Source: Myxococcota bacterium
GTDB lineage: Bacteria > Myxococcota_A > Polyangia > Nannocystales > Nannocystaceae
Assembly: GCA_039194325.1 (NCBI GenBank)
Contig: JBCCWC010000007.1
Span: 1-64,000, forward strand
Direction: 5' to 3'
DNA length: 64,000 nucleotides
The notes below the pieces were generated by a model that ran no database searches, had not been told where the DNA came from, and saw nothing but the letters and a program-made list of their open reading frames with translations. Shown piece by piece: positions 9,502 through 18,708 of this stretch; within the stretch, counting starts at the first letter, position 1, and every line of letters begins with the position of its first letter. Both the position numbers and the translations under genes were made by a program.

Positions 9502-10800
9502 ATGATATTCATTGACCCCATGACCGATACGGTAGATCCGACGGACGCAACGAGGAGAACCGGAAAGGCGGCTACGGTCATTCGTAAGCTGAGAAGGCTC
9601 AAGCTGCGCCGTCTCGACGGGCCGCAACCGGGAGAACCAAAGGTCTTCACCGTCCCCTGTGTGAGGGTCGGGCGTAGCCGAGCATGCCACCTTACCGTGG
9701 CCCATCCCTCGGTCAGCGCGCTGCACGTGGAGCTGAAGGTCCGAGGTGATGGCGTAGAGCTACGAGATCTCGGTAGCACCAACGGGACATTGCTGGGGAA
9801 TCGAAAGATCTTCCACGTGGAGCTTCGCAAGGGGGATCGATTCTCCACTGGCGACGTGACCTTCGAGCTGATGGAGGCAACAGAAGAGGAGGTCCCGGTG
9901 TCGGCCGACGATCGCTTCGAGCGAATGTGGGGCGACAGCCCGGCAATTCGCGAGATCTTTGCGCAGCTCGACGCGGTGGCCTGTAGCCCGATCAACGTGC
10001 TCATCACCGGGGAGACCGGCTCGGGCAAGACGCTGGCGGCGCAATCGCTCTATCTTCGCTCGGGCCGCAGCGGCCCCTTGGTGATGGTGGACTGCGGCAG
10101 CCTCACGCCCAACCGGCTCGAAGATGCGTTCATCGAAGCCGACGGCGGCATGCTGGTGCTCGACGAGCTGGCCGATCTCCCGCGGGACCGCCAGCCTCGC
10201 CTGCTGCGGCTGCTCGACTACCGGGAGGTCCCCGTACGCCCACGGGGTTCGGGCCAACGGGTCGACGTCCACGTGGTGGCCTGTACACGGGCCGATCTAC
10301 CCAAGCTGGTCGCCGCCGAGTCCTTTCGCGAGGATCTTTACTTTCGGGTGGCCCAAGCGGTCATCGAGCTTCCGCCGCTGCGTGAGCGCGGGGGCGACGT
10401 AGAGCTGCTGGCGGCGCACTTCGTCGCCGAGCAGTCCGAGCGCAAGGGGGTTGCGCCCCGGGAGCTGACCGAGGATGCCCGCATCGCGCTCCGCGAGCAC
10501 CGCTGGCAAGGCAACGTTCGCGAGCTCCGCAACGTGATCCAGCACTCGCTCCACCTCAACCCGGGGCCGCGGATCGATCGGGACGACCTGGCGATCTACG
10601 ATCGCGGGGAGCTGATGGGCATGGAGGAGCTGCTGGTCCTGCCGTACCACGAAGCGCACTCGGAGCTCGACCGCCACTATCTGCGCCGGGTCATGTCGGA
10701 GACCAGCGGCAACATCACGCACGCCGCCCAGCGCATGGGCACCAGCCGGCGTTCGCTCCGGGAGCGACTCAAGCGGCTCAAGCTCTACTCGGTGGATTGA
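9502..10800 (+). CDS. FHA-domain NtrC-family AAA+ transcriptional regulator with Fis-type HTH (GAFTGA loop absent)
   Basis: FHA (VGRS..C, VSALH, DLGSTNGT); Walker A GETGSGKT; LVLDE; FREDLYFR; WQGNVRELRN; GNITHAAQRMG HTH. Start ATG 9502 or 9520. Confidence 0.88.
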   Translation: MIFIDPMTDTVDPTDATRRTGKAATVIRKLRRLKLRRLDGPQPGEPKVFTVPCVRVGRSRACHLTVAHPSVSALHVELKVRGDGVELRDLGSTNGTLLGNRKIFHVELRKGDRFSTGDVTFELMEATEEEVPVSADDRFERMWGDSPAIREIFAQLDAVACSPINVLITGETGSGKTLAAQSLYLRSGRSGPLVMVDCGSLTPNRLEDAFIEADGGMLVLDELADLPRDRQPRLLRLLDYREVPVRPRGSGQRVDVHVVACTRADLPKLVAAESFREDLYFRVAQAVIELPPLRERGGDVELLAAHFVAEQSERKGVAPRELTEDARIALREHRWQGNVRELRNVIQHSLHLNPGPRIDRDDLAIYDRGELMGMEELLVLPYHEAHSELDRHYLRRVMSETSGNITHAAQRMGTSRRSLRERLKRLKLYSVD

Positions 10801-10831
10801 TCCGGTGGATTGATCCGGTGGATTGATCCGG
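10791..10831. repeat. 13-bp tandem repeat (GGTGGATTGATCC)x3 overlapping the stop codon
   Basis: Read directly from the sequence. Confidence 0.9.
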
Positions 10832-10853
10832 CACCGAGCTGCCGGGCGTGCGC

Positions 10854-11402
10854 TCAAAACCGCAGGCGCAGCGACATCCCGCCGCTGCGTCGGCGGGTCG
10901 ACGCCCAGGGCTGCACCGAGAGCCGGGCGTTACGTGCCTGCCACTCGCGCCAGTCACGATGGATCCGAATGCCGCGGACGAGCAGGAACCCCGAGGCCAG
11001 ACCGAGCACGCCGGCAAACCCAAAGTTCAGGCCCGCGGCGATCCGCCCCTGGCGACCGGGGCGAGCGAAGGAGCACTCGATGGCCAGGCTGCCCATGGCG
11101 CACTCTTCTTCGATCCGACGGGCCTGGACGATCTCCCAGGCACCTCGCCCCACCAGCAGGCCCGCGGTCGCCCCTACCACCGAGCCGAGCGTCAGCTCGA
11201 GCACTCCCCGGCGCGTGCCGGCCTCGGAGCGATCCACATCGGCCCGGCGGGCACGTCGCCGATCCTTACCTTTTGGCTTGTCTGGCGTGATCTGCACCGG
11301 ACCTTTGTCACGCTTGGCCTCGACCGGTGCGGGCGCGATCACGGTCGCGATCCCGACCAGGCAGCCCAGGGTGTACGACAGTGCCCGTCTCACCACGACC
11401 AC
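10854..11402 (-). CDS. hypothetical exported/membrane protein
   Basis: Signal peptide (APAPVEA), two hydrophobic segments, C-terminal GGMSLRLRF typical of myxobacterial envelope proteins. Confidence 0.7.
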   Translation of the reverse strand: MVVVRRALSYTLGCLVGIATVIAPAPVEAKRDKGPVQITPDKPKGKDRRRARRADVDRSEAGTRRGVLELTLGSVVGATAGLLVGRGAWEIVQARRIEEECAMGSLAIECSFARPGRQGRIAAGLNFGFAGVLGLASGFLLVRGIRIHRDWREWQARNARLSVQPWASTRRRSGGMSLRLRF

Positions 11403-11520
11403 GGTACCAGGCGTAGCGGAGACCGCGAACCATACGGGGCAATCTGCCCCTCCGCGTCCGCGAGACCGACGACCTCATCCGGTCCGATCGTCGCCTGAAC
11501 AGCGGCTAGTCGCCGCCAAG

Positions 11521-11568
11521 CCGACACCGAGCCCAATACCGGGCCCAATACCGGGCCCAACACCGAGC
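11521..11568. repeat. 12-bp degenerate tandem repeat (CCAATACCGGGC-like)x4
   Basis: ccgacaccgagc ccaataccgggc ccaataccgggc ccaacaccgagc. Confidence 0.8.
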
Positions 11569-11715
11569 TCAACGGTGGTTGCCATGGATGGCAACCAAAG
11601 GCGCCACGTGCCGCGATCTGCAACCCCGGCTCGACCCCTCCTGCTGCCCCCAATGTGAGAGAGGCAGGCTTTTCCGTCGGTCCATGGCGTGGCACTCTGG
11701 TTGCACTCGGAGGGG

Positions 11716-12126
11716 ATGATGATTGCGGTCGGCGGATTGCTCTTGGGGGCAGTGCTCACAGCACCGGGGGCAGCGGGAGGTTCGAGCTCGGCACAGACGC
11801 TGGCCGACCCCTTTGATCCGTCGGTCCCTCGCGTGGCGATCGCTCGCGGCGACGAGGCCCTCGGTCTGCGCGATCCCTTCGGCGCGGGTCTGCCAACCCG
11901 AGCCATGCTGACCCGCCGGGCCTCCCGTGCCGCTGCGGGTCCGGACCTGCGCGATCCCTTCGAGGCCCGTGCCCGCCGGCGAGCGCTCGCCGGGCCCCCC
12001 GCTCCACCCGTCCAGGCCGATCTGCGCAGCCCGTTCGTCGTCCCTCCGCACTCGGCCACCCGCCGCCGGGGTAAGCGTCGGGCTCCCGCGCCGAAGGCCG
12101 ATCTGCGCGATCCTTTCGGGACCTGA
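11716..12126 (+). CDS. small exported protein with repeated (D/G)LRDPF motifs
   Basis: GGAGG then ATGATG at 11716; hydrophobic signal; five LxDPF-like motifs; a sixth lies in frame beyond the TGA. Confidence 0.65.
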   Translation: MMIAVGGLLLGAVLTAPGAAGGSSSAQTLADPFDPSVPRVAIARGDEALGLRDPFGAGLPTRAMLTRRASRAAAGPDLRDPFEARARRRALAGPPAPPVQADLRSPFVVPPHSATRRRGKRRAPAPKADLRDPFGT

Positions 12127-12304
12127 GCCGCGTCGCCCTTATCGACGGTCGATCTGCGCGATCCCTTCGGGATCCGAGCCGGGGCATCGTGATCGCGACC
12201 GTTGGCAGGCGAGCGACGATAGGGCGAGATTCGGGAGTCTCGGGATGAACGAGGATAGGTAGTGACCAGAGGTAGCAAGAGTGCGTCAAACCTGCCGGGC
12301 TGGG

Positions 12305-13129
12305 TCATGAGCAGGCCGCGCTGACGGCCATGAACTCCCCATCACATAGAATTTCCGGCATCGGGAGCTCTGCACACAGCAGAGTGCTGATGCAGACGAG
12401 ATAGTCTTCGTACGCCATAACGCAGTCCGGGCCATAATAGGAGTAATAGTCGCTCAGTTGGTCATTGCAGTACATCTCGGCGTACTCCGCGTAGCCGTAG
12501 CCGCAGTAGGCTTGATGAGCCGCGTATACCTCGCAAGGGGTCCCTGTCGAGCCGGAGCTTGAGCCTGTCGAGCCGCTTGAGCCCGTAGAGCCCGTCGAGC
12601 CTATGAAGCCGGTTGAGCCGCTTGAGCCTGTCGAGCCGGAGCTTGAGCCCGTCGAGCCGCTTGAACCCGTCGAGCCGCTCGAACCCGTCGAGCCCGTCGA
12701 GCCCGTCGAGCCGCTCGAACCCGTCGAGCCGCTCGAACCCGTAGAGTCGGAGCTTGAGCCTATCGAGCCGCTCGAGCCTGTCGAGCCGCTCAAGCTACTC
12801 GAGCTACTCGAGCCGCTCGAGCTACTCGAGCCGCTCGAGCTACTCGAGCCTGTGAAACCACTCGAGCCACTCGAACTCACTGACATAGCACCGGTGAGAC
12901 CTGTTTCTGTTGGCAGCTCCGAATGCGTCGTGTCGCTACTTGATGTGATGGTCAAGCCCGTTGATGTAGTCGTCGAAACTGAACTTGAGGAGCCAATTGT
13001 AGAACCCGTGCTGTTGGCCTCATCTAGAATCCACACCGACGGATCCGGCACATCTCCTCGGCAGCCAACCCCAGCGCTCGTCAAGACCACAGCGCACGGC
13101 ACGAACAAGCCACGGCAGCATCCACTCAT
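12305..13129 (-). CDS. Ser/Gly/Thr-rich lipoprotein with C-terminal Cys-rich domain
   Basis: AGVGC lipobox-like motif; long GSSGST repeats; C-terminal CEVYAAHQAYC...MYC...DCVMAYEDYLVC...C motif. Confidence 0.7.
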   Translation of the reverse strand: MSGCCRGLFVPCAVVLTSAGVGCRGDVPDPSVWILDEANSTGSTIGSSSSVSTTTSTGLTITSSSDTTHSELPTETGLTGAMSVSSSGSSGFTGSSSSSGSSSSSGSSSSSSLSGSTGSSGSIGSSSDSTGSSGSTGSSGSTGSTGSTGSSGSTGSSGSTGSSSGSTGSSGSTGFIGSTGSTGSSGSTGSSSGSTGTPCEVYAAHQAYCGYGYAEYAEMYCNDQLSDYYSYYGPDCVMAYEDYLVCISTLLCAELPMPEILCDGEFMAVSAACS

Positions 13130-13608
13130 ACGCGCTCATACCAGTTTTGATGCGCATGGTGAGTGCTCCGTTGATCCTTTCAACGGTTTTCCCCTACGAA
13201 TGACCCGAAGGTTCAGTCTACGTCGACCTTCCGATTGTGATGTGAGCAGCTCACCGTCTTGGCACCACGGTGGAACCTGGGCGACCGAGCAACCCCTTTG
13301 AGGCTTCGCTGAAGCTCGACGAGGGCCAGCCGCACCGGCAGATAGATTTCGCGCTCGCCGCCCCTCGCGAGATCTCCTATCGCCTCTCGCGGTAGGATCC
13401 GGGGAGGACCATCGCGTAGCAGCGCACACGCCCCGATCAAACCGTTGATCCAGGACACCGACGCCCTACTGTGACACGATCGCCGTGCCGCAGGGCCGGA
13501 CCTATGAGCAAAAACCATTGAAATCACTGAATTGTCACTCGGGGTCCTCGTTTTGCACTGATTTGGGGTGCCGGCCGGCGAAATCGACTGCCGCGGCCCC
13601 TCGTCCCG

Positions 13609-15219
13609 ATGAGCACGCTTCGTTCATTCGCGCGCCACGCGTCCCTCCGCTTGCCCGTGCTTGCCTTGCTGGCGACGGGCATGGCGGCCTGCTCCACCAC
13701 GGGCGACGGCCTGGCCCTCAACGAGGGTTACGGCGGCAGCGGCTACCCCGGCAGCAATCTGCCCGGGACAGAAGACGACATGGACGCGCCCGCCGGCGGC
13801 GAGACCGGCGGCGGCCCTGGCGATGACGACGGGGTCGGCGAGGACCCGCTGCCCCCCGCGCCCGACGACGAGGGGGTCGACAACGCCTCGGACCCAGGGG
13901 CCTGCGATCCCGACTCCGAGGTCACCCTCTACCTCTCGCCCGACGATTCCAACTCGATCTCTTCGCCCGTCCAGGTGCGCGAGGCGGTGCTCGGCGACTG
14001 GGGTAGCGTGCAGTCGATCGCGATCCGCACCTGGGAGTTCTTCAACTACTACTCCTTCGGCTACCCCGCCGCGCCCGAGGCCGGCGACGTAGCGATCACC
14101 CCTTCGCTGCTGCACACCGAGGGCACAGCGGGCGACTACTTGCTGCAGATCGGGATCAGCAGCCACGAGCTGACCGCGGCCACGCGGGCCCCCATCAACG
14201 TCACCCTGGTGCTCGACACCTCGGGCTCGATGGCGGGGCTGGCCATGGACATGCTCCGCGAGACTTGCCTCGCGATCGCGTCCAGCCTCCGAGAGGGCGA
14301 CACCGTCTCCATGGTCACCTGGAGCACCGAGGACGCCGTGGTGCTCGGAGGCCACAGCATCGCCGGGCCCGACGATCCGACCCTCCGGTCCGAGCTCGAG
14401 GCGCTCGAGGCCGGCGGCGGCACCGATCTCAACGGCGGCCTGGTGGCGGGCTACGAGCTCGCTCAGCAGGTCTACGACCCCGAGCGGATCAACCGCATCG
14501 TGCTGGTGAGCGACGGCGGGGCCAATGTCGGGATCACCGACATCGACCTCATCGCCCAGCACGCCGGCAACGCCGACGAAGACGGGATCTATATGGTGGG
14601 TGTGGGCGTGGGCGACCCCGTCGCCTACCACGACAACCTCATGGACACGGTGACCGACGTGGGCAAGGGAGCCTCGGTGTTCATCGCCAGCGAGGAGGAC
14701 GCCTGGTCGGTCTTCGGTGACGACTTCATCAGCACGATTGACGTGGCCGCGCGCGACGTGCAGATCCGCCTGGATCTCCCGCCGGGCTTCGAGATCGTGC
14801 GGACCAGCACCGAGGAGCTCAGCACCGACAAAGGCGACGTCGAGCCCCAGCACCTGGCCCCCAACGACGCCATGGTCTTCCACCAGCAGATCCGCACCTG
14901 CGCGCCCGATCTGGTCACCGACGAGGACACCCTCGCGGTGACGGTGAGCTACTACGACGCGCGAACCTTCGAGGCCCGCGAGCTCCGGCACGAGGTGAGC
15001 TTTGGTGAGCTGCTCGCGGCCGACCCCGCCCAGCTGCTCAAGGGCGCGGCGATCTTCACCTACGCCGAGAGCCTCAAGGCCTACAAGAACTCCGACCACG
15101 ACGGCCGGGATGCCATCATGACCGACGCCTTCGACGCCCTGCAGCGCGCCGAGCAGGCCCTGCCCGAGGATCCCGATCTGGCCGAGATCCGCGTGGTGCT
15201 CGAGGCGCTGTTGCAGTAG
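13609..15219 (+). CDS. von Willebrand factor A domain lipoprotein
   Basis: MAAC lipobox; MIDAS DTSGSM, GGGTDL, VLVSDG. Confidence 0.9.
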   Translation: MSTLRSFARHASLRLPVLALLATGMAACSTTGDGLALNEGYGGSGYPGSNLPGTEDDMDAPAGGETGGGPGDDDGVGEDPLPPAPDDEGVDNASDPGACDPDSEVTLYLSPDDSNSISSPVQVREAVLGDWGSVQSIAIRTWEFFNYYSFGYPAAPEAGDVAITPSLLHTEGTAGDYLLQIGISSHELTAATRAPINVTLVLDTSGSMAGLAMDMLRETCLAIASSLREGDTVSMVTWSTEDAVVLGGHSIAGPDDPTLRSELEALEAGGGTDLNGGLVAGYELAQQVYDPERINRIVLVSDGGANVGITDIDLIAQHAGNADEDGIYMVGVGVGDPVAYHDNLMDTVTDVGKGASVFIASEEDAWSVFGDDFISTIDVAARDVQIRLDLPPGFEIVRTSTEELSTDKGDVEPQHLAPNDAMVFHQQIRTCAPDLVTDEDTLAVTVSYYDARTFEARELRHEVSFGELLAADPAQLLKGAAIFTYAESLKAYKNSDHDGRDAIMTDAFDALQRAEQALPEDPDLAEIRVVLEALLQ

Positions 15220-15264
15220 CGCTGCGGCGCCGAACGCCGCAAGCGCCTCGACCTGACGACTCGG

Positions 15265-15678
15265 TCAGCAATCCGCCCAGTCTTCTCCGGTCGTCACCGT
15301 CACGAATACGGAGTAGGAGCACTCCTGGCTGCTCGATTCCAGGACCTCACCGTTGTAGTACGACGTGCTCGTACAAGTTCCCTTGTCGTACTCGACCTCG
15401 ATCGAGCCGCCAGGAATGTCCTTGGGCGATAGCCTCCTGCATTCCTTGTCCAAGGTCGGAGTCGGGTCTCCTCCCCCCGGGAGCTCGACCCCTCCCTCCC
15501 CGATGCACTCGCCAGCGACGTCGGCAATACAATCCTCGGCTTCGCCAAGGCGGAGCTCGATCGCTTCGGCCTCGAGGTCGAGCTCATCGACCGGCTCGGT
15601 GACCTCCGTGTCACACCCGGCAAAAGGGCCGAGCACGCACGACAGAACTACGGGAATCAGGGAATAGCTGTGCTTCAT
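15265..15678 (-). CDS. hypothetical lipoprotein
   Basis: MKHSYSLIPVVLSCVLGPFAGC signal/lipobox after AAAGG; acidic, Cys-containing. Confidence 0.65.
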   Translation of the reverse strand: MKHSYSLIPVVLSCVLGPFAGCDTEVTEPVDELDLEAEAIELRLGEAEDCIADVAGECIGEGGVELPGGGDPTPTLDKECRRLSPKDIPGGSIEVEYDKGTCTSTSYYNGEVLESSSQECSYSVFVTVTTGEDWADC

Positions 15679-15879
15679 GGCGGGAACCTTTCTGGAGGGC
15701 CAGCTCATCACTGCCCTCATCAATGAAGAACGGCGAACCCGGAGTCGTCGCATGGCGATCACCTCAATCACCAAAAGCCACGGTGGCGCACCCGCTCGAT
15801 ATCGACCACGGCGGGCGCGACGGCGGGCGCGAAGGGTGGCAGGCGCTACCCCGCAGAGCAACCGGGCCCCGCCGCCGAC

Positions 15880-16617
15880 TCAGTCGCCCGCATAGCGGGT
15901 GGGATCGTCGACACCGGCCTCGGCAAAGCCCTTGCGACGCAGCTGACAGCTGTCGCAGCGGCCACACGCCAGGGGCCTGCCCTCCGCGTCGGCGCTCGGG
16001 TCGTAGCAGCTCACCGTGTCGGCGTAGTCGACCCCCAGCGCCACACCCCGCGCGATGATCCCTGCCTTGGTCAGCTCGAGCAGCGGGGTCTGGATCCGGA
16101 TCGCATCCCCCGATCCCTCAACGCCCACCCGGGTGGCGAGGTTGGCCGTGCAGGCGAACGACTCGATGAACGCGGGGCGACAGTCGGGATAGCCCGAATA
16201 ATCCAGCGCGTTGACTCCGATGAAGATGTCGCGGGCTCCGAGCGCCTCGGCCCAGGCCAGCCCGTACGACAAGAACAAGGTGTTGCGCGCGGGCACATAG
16301 GTAACCGGGATGTCGCTGGCGTGGTCGACATCTCGGCCCTTGGGAACGGACAGCTCGCTGCCCTCGACCAGCGCGGTGGCCGGGGCGACCAGCCGCCCCA
16401 GGTGCGACAGGTCGACCACCTCGTGGGCCACCGCGCCGAGGCGCTCGGCCTGGCGAGCGGCACAGCCCAGCTCGAGCGCGTGACGCTGGCCATACCGAAA
16501 GCTCAGCGCATGCGTGGCGTGGCCCGCCTCCCGCGCGATGGCCAAGACGGTGACCGAGTCGAGGCCACCGCTGAGCAGCACGACCGCAGGACTCGACGAA
16601 GACGAGGATGAAGACAT
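15880..16617 (-). CDS. queC: 7-cyano-7-deazaguanine synthase
   Basis: [39 protein letters not shown] zinc motif. Confidence 0.96.
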   Translation of the reverse strand: MSSSSSSSSPAVVLLSGGLDSVTVLAIAREAGHATHALSFRYGQRHALELGCAARQAERLGAVAHEVVDLSHLGRLVAPATALVEGSELSVPKGRDVDHASDIPVTYVPARNTLFLSYGLAWAEALGARDIFIGVNALDYSGYPDCRPAFIESFACTANLATRVGVEGSGDAIRIQTPLLELTKAGIIARGVALGVDYADTVSCYDPSADAEGRPLACGRCDSCQLRRKGFAEAGVDDPTRYAGD

Positions 16618-16651
16618 GAGCAGTGGTCGAATCGTGGCGCGCCCGGAGCGC

Positions 16652-17185
16652 TCAGCCCGTACCCGAGGACTCGACCGATCCGCTGTCGCGGCCCGCCGGG
16701 GGCTCGTTATCCGCCGGCTCCATCTCGCACAGAGGATCGAAACCTATCGAGGGATCGGGACAGCAATAGAGCGGGTAGAGGTCGTTGGAGTATCCTGGAT
16801 CGCAAAGACAATTGGGCAGCCCCTGCGCGTCGGGAGTACAGATCCCGCGCCCTTCGCCGCCGCAAAAGAACCCCAGGCACGGATCCATCGCCTCGTAGCA
16901 GTAGTTCTCCGACCGATTGCAGATCCCTCGCTGACACACGCCATTGGGGGCCAGACAAAGCCCCCCCGGCAGCCCGGGAGGAGGGTTCTTGTCGCGCTCG
17001 CCCCCCCGATAGCAGCCCGAGACCGAACCCAGGCCCAAGATCGAGCCCAGTACCAGTACCGACAGCAACACCGTGCTGATGCTTCGCCCCTGTGGATGGA
17101 ACGATCCGATCACCGTACCGCCGAACACCGTGTCGAACAGTATCGCCAAATCGCGCGCGAGAGAACCGGCCGCCTTCGGCATCAC
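16652..17185 (-). CDS. small Cys-rich lipoprotein with EGF-like module
   Basis: Hydrophobic stretch ending [20 protein letters not shown]...CLCDPGY; true start probably downstream of 17185. Confidence 0.6.
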   Translation of the reverse strand: MMPKAAGSLARDLAILFDTVFGGTVIGSFHPQGRSISTVLLSVLVLGSILGLGSVSGCYRGGERDKNPPPGLPGGLCLAPNGVCQRGICNRSENYCYEAMDPCLGFFCGGEGRGICTPDAQGLPNCLCDPGYSNDLYPLYCCPDPSIGFDPLCEMEPADNEPPAGRDSGSVESSGTG

Positions 17186-17326
17186 CCAGCGGCATCAACC
17201 GGTTGCCGGGGCAAGGGGGCCCACATGAAATCGCAGCGGTGAACAGGTCGCCGCGACGCTGGGGCAGGATGCCTCGGCGAGCGCGACCGGTTTGAAAAAC
17301 GCCAACGGCTCCGGTAACTTGGACCG

Positions 17327-18283
17327 GTGGGGCGGCACGACGGGGCGAGTCGGAGCGGCGCGAGCCGGCGAGGACCGGCGGCGATCCTCTCGCTGGCCGT
17401 GGGCCTGACGGCGGCTCCGGTCATGGCTTCGCCACCGCTGCCGGTCGACCTGCTGGTCAAGAAGAAGAAGCGCAAGAAGAAGGACGGCCTCACCCCCGAG
17501 CAGGCGGCCGATCGCCGGATGCCGCTCCAGGATCAGGGCCGACAGATGGTCGAGGCGGGCGAGCTCACCTCGGCCACGATCCTCTACGACGGCGCGGCGC
17601 AGACCTACGGCGACCCCGTGCTCTACCTCGATGCCGGCGAGATCTACCTGCGGATCGCCGACGAGGAGCGCGACATCGCCTCGGCCGAGACAGCCAAGAT
17701 CCGCGGCCAGGTCGCCCAGGACATCCTCTACTTTCACCTCGATTCCTCGTCCGACCCCGACTATCAGCTGGTCACCAAGGACGAGAGCCCGGGGCTGTTG
17801 GCCCGGGCGGGCGAGCTCATCGACAACGCCGACATCCTCATCGACGAGATCGAGCGCGAGCAAGAGGCGGTGGTCGTTCCCGAAGACCCCGCGCCCAAGC
17901 GCGCCAAGGGCGATGGTCGAGGCCTACGCCTGGCGGGGATCGGCCTGATGGGTGTCGGCGTCGCCGGCCTCGGCGTGGGCTTCGCCGGCCTCACGATCGG
18001 CCGGATCAACCAAAACCGGGTCGACGACCCCACCGTCTACGGCCCCGAGTTCGACGACTTCGACAGCCGGGGTCGTCGAGGCAACACGATCGCGGGGGTC
18101 GGCTTGGCGATCGGGGGCGTGGCCCTCGCTGCCGGCGTGACCCTCTTCATCATCGGTAAGCGTCGCCAGGCCGCCGGCCCGGTCGACGATGCCGAGGAGC
18201 AACCCCCCACCGATTCCGAAGACGACCCGTTCTTGGCCCTCGTGCCGACGGGTCGCGGACTGGCCGTCACCGGCCGCTTCTAG
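17327..18283 (+). CDS. hypothetical exported protein (TPR-like helical N-terminus, two C-terminal hydrophobic segments)
   Basis: Signal peptide, helical region, two Gly-rich TM segments, C-terminal GLAVTGRF. Confidence 0.75.
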   Translation: MGRHDGASRSGASRRGPAAILSLAVGLTAAPVMASPPLPVDLLVKKKKRKKKDGLTPEQAADRRMPLQDQGRQMVEAGELTSATILYDGAAQTYGDPVLYLDAGEIYLRIADEERDIASAETAKIRGQVAQDILYFHLDSSSDPDYQLVTKDESPGLLARAGELIDNADILIDEIEREQEAVVVPEDPAPKRAKGDGRGLRLAGIGLMGVGVAGLGVGFAGLTIGRINQNRVDDPTVYGPEFDDFDSRGRRGNTIAGVGLAIGGVALAAGVTLFIIGKRRQAAGPVDDAEEQPPTDSEDDPFLALVPTGRGLAVTGRF

Positions 18284-18300
18284 CCCAAGGGAGAACCATC

Positions 18301-18708
18301 ATGACCAAACTGCCCCTCTTCGCGCTCGTGCTCGGACTCGGCGTCGGCCTGAGCGTCGATCTCGCCACCCCCGGTGCCGCCTCGGCCGCCGCCGTCGCCT
18401 GCGACGACGAGAGCGGCCTGTGCGTCGACTCCGGCGGGGCCAGCTTCGTCGACGGCAAGCAGAGCACCGGCAAGGACCGCAAAAAACGCAGCAAGAAGAC
18501 CGCCGGCACCCTGTCGGTCACCGTCGACGGCGGTCGCGGCAGCGTGTTCGTCAATGGTCGCTTCGTGGGCGAAGCCCCGGTCGACGGGGTCGACATCCCC
18601 TCGGGCAAGAACGACATCCACGTCCGCGATGGCGCCACCGTGCTCGCCAACGGTCTGCTCACCATACCCAAGGACGCGGTCGTGTCCGTGACCGTGCGTC
18701 ACGACTGA
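18301..18708 (+). CDS. PEGA-domain exported protein
   Basis: GGGAG RBS; signal peptide; GSVFVNGRFVGEAP...IPSGKNDIHV PEGA-like signature. Confidence 0.78.
   Translation: MTKLPLFALVLGLGVGLSVDLATPGAASAAAVACDDESGLCVDSGGASFVDGKQSTGKDRKKRSKKTAGTLSVTVDGGRGSVFVNGRFVGEAPVDGVDIPSGKNDIHVRDGATVLANGLLTIPKDAVVSVTVRHD

Noticed and set aside
12124..12126. Selenocysteine recoding of the in-frame TGA
   Set aside because: The codon aligns with Arg (CGA) in the sister repeat, not Cys, and no convincing SECIS hairpin was seen.
12603..13301. Plus-strand (EPVEPL)n ORF
   Set aside because: It is the antisense of the Ser/Gly/Thr linker of the minus-strand lipoprotein, which has a signal peptide and a Cys domain.
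15880..16617. 7-deazaguanine DNA-modification (dpd) system
   Set aside because: queC stands alone with no dpdA, queD, queE or folE neighbours; ordinary queuosine synthesis is the simpler reading.
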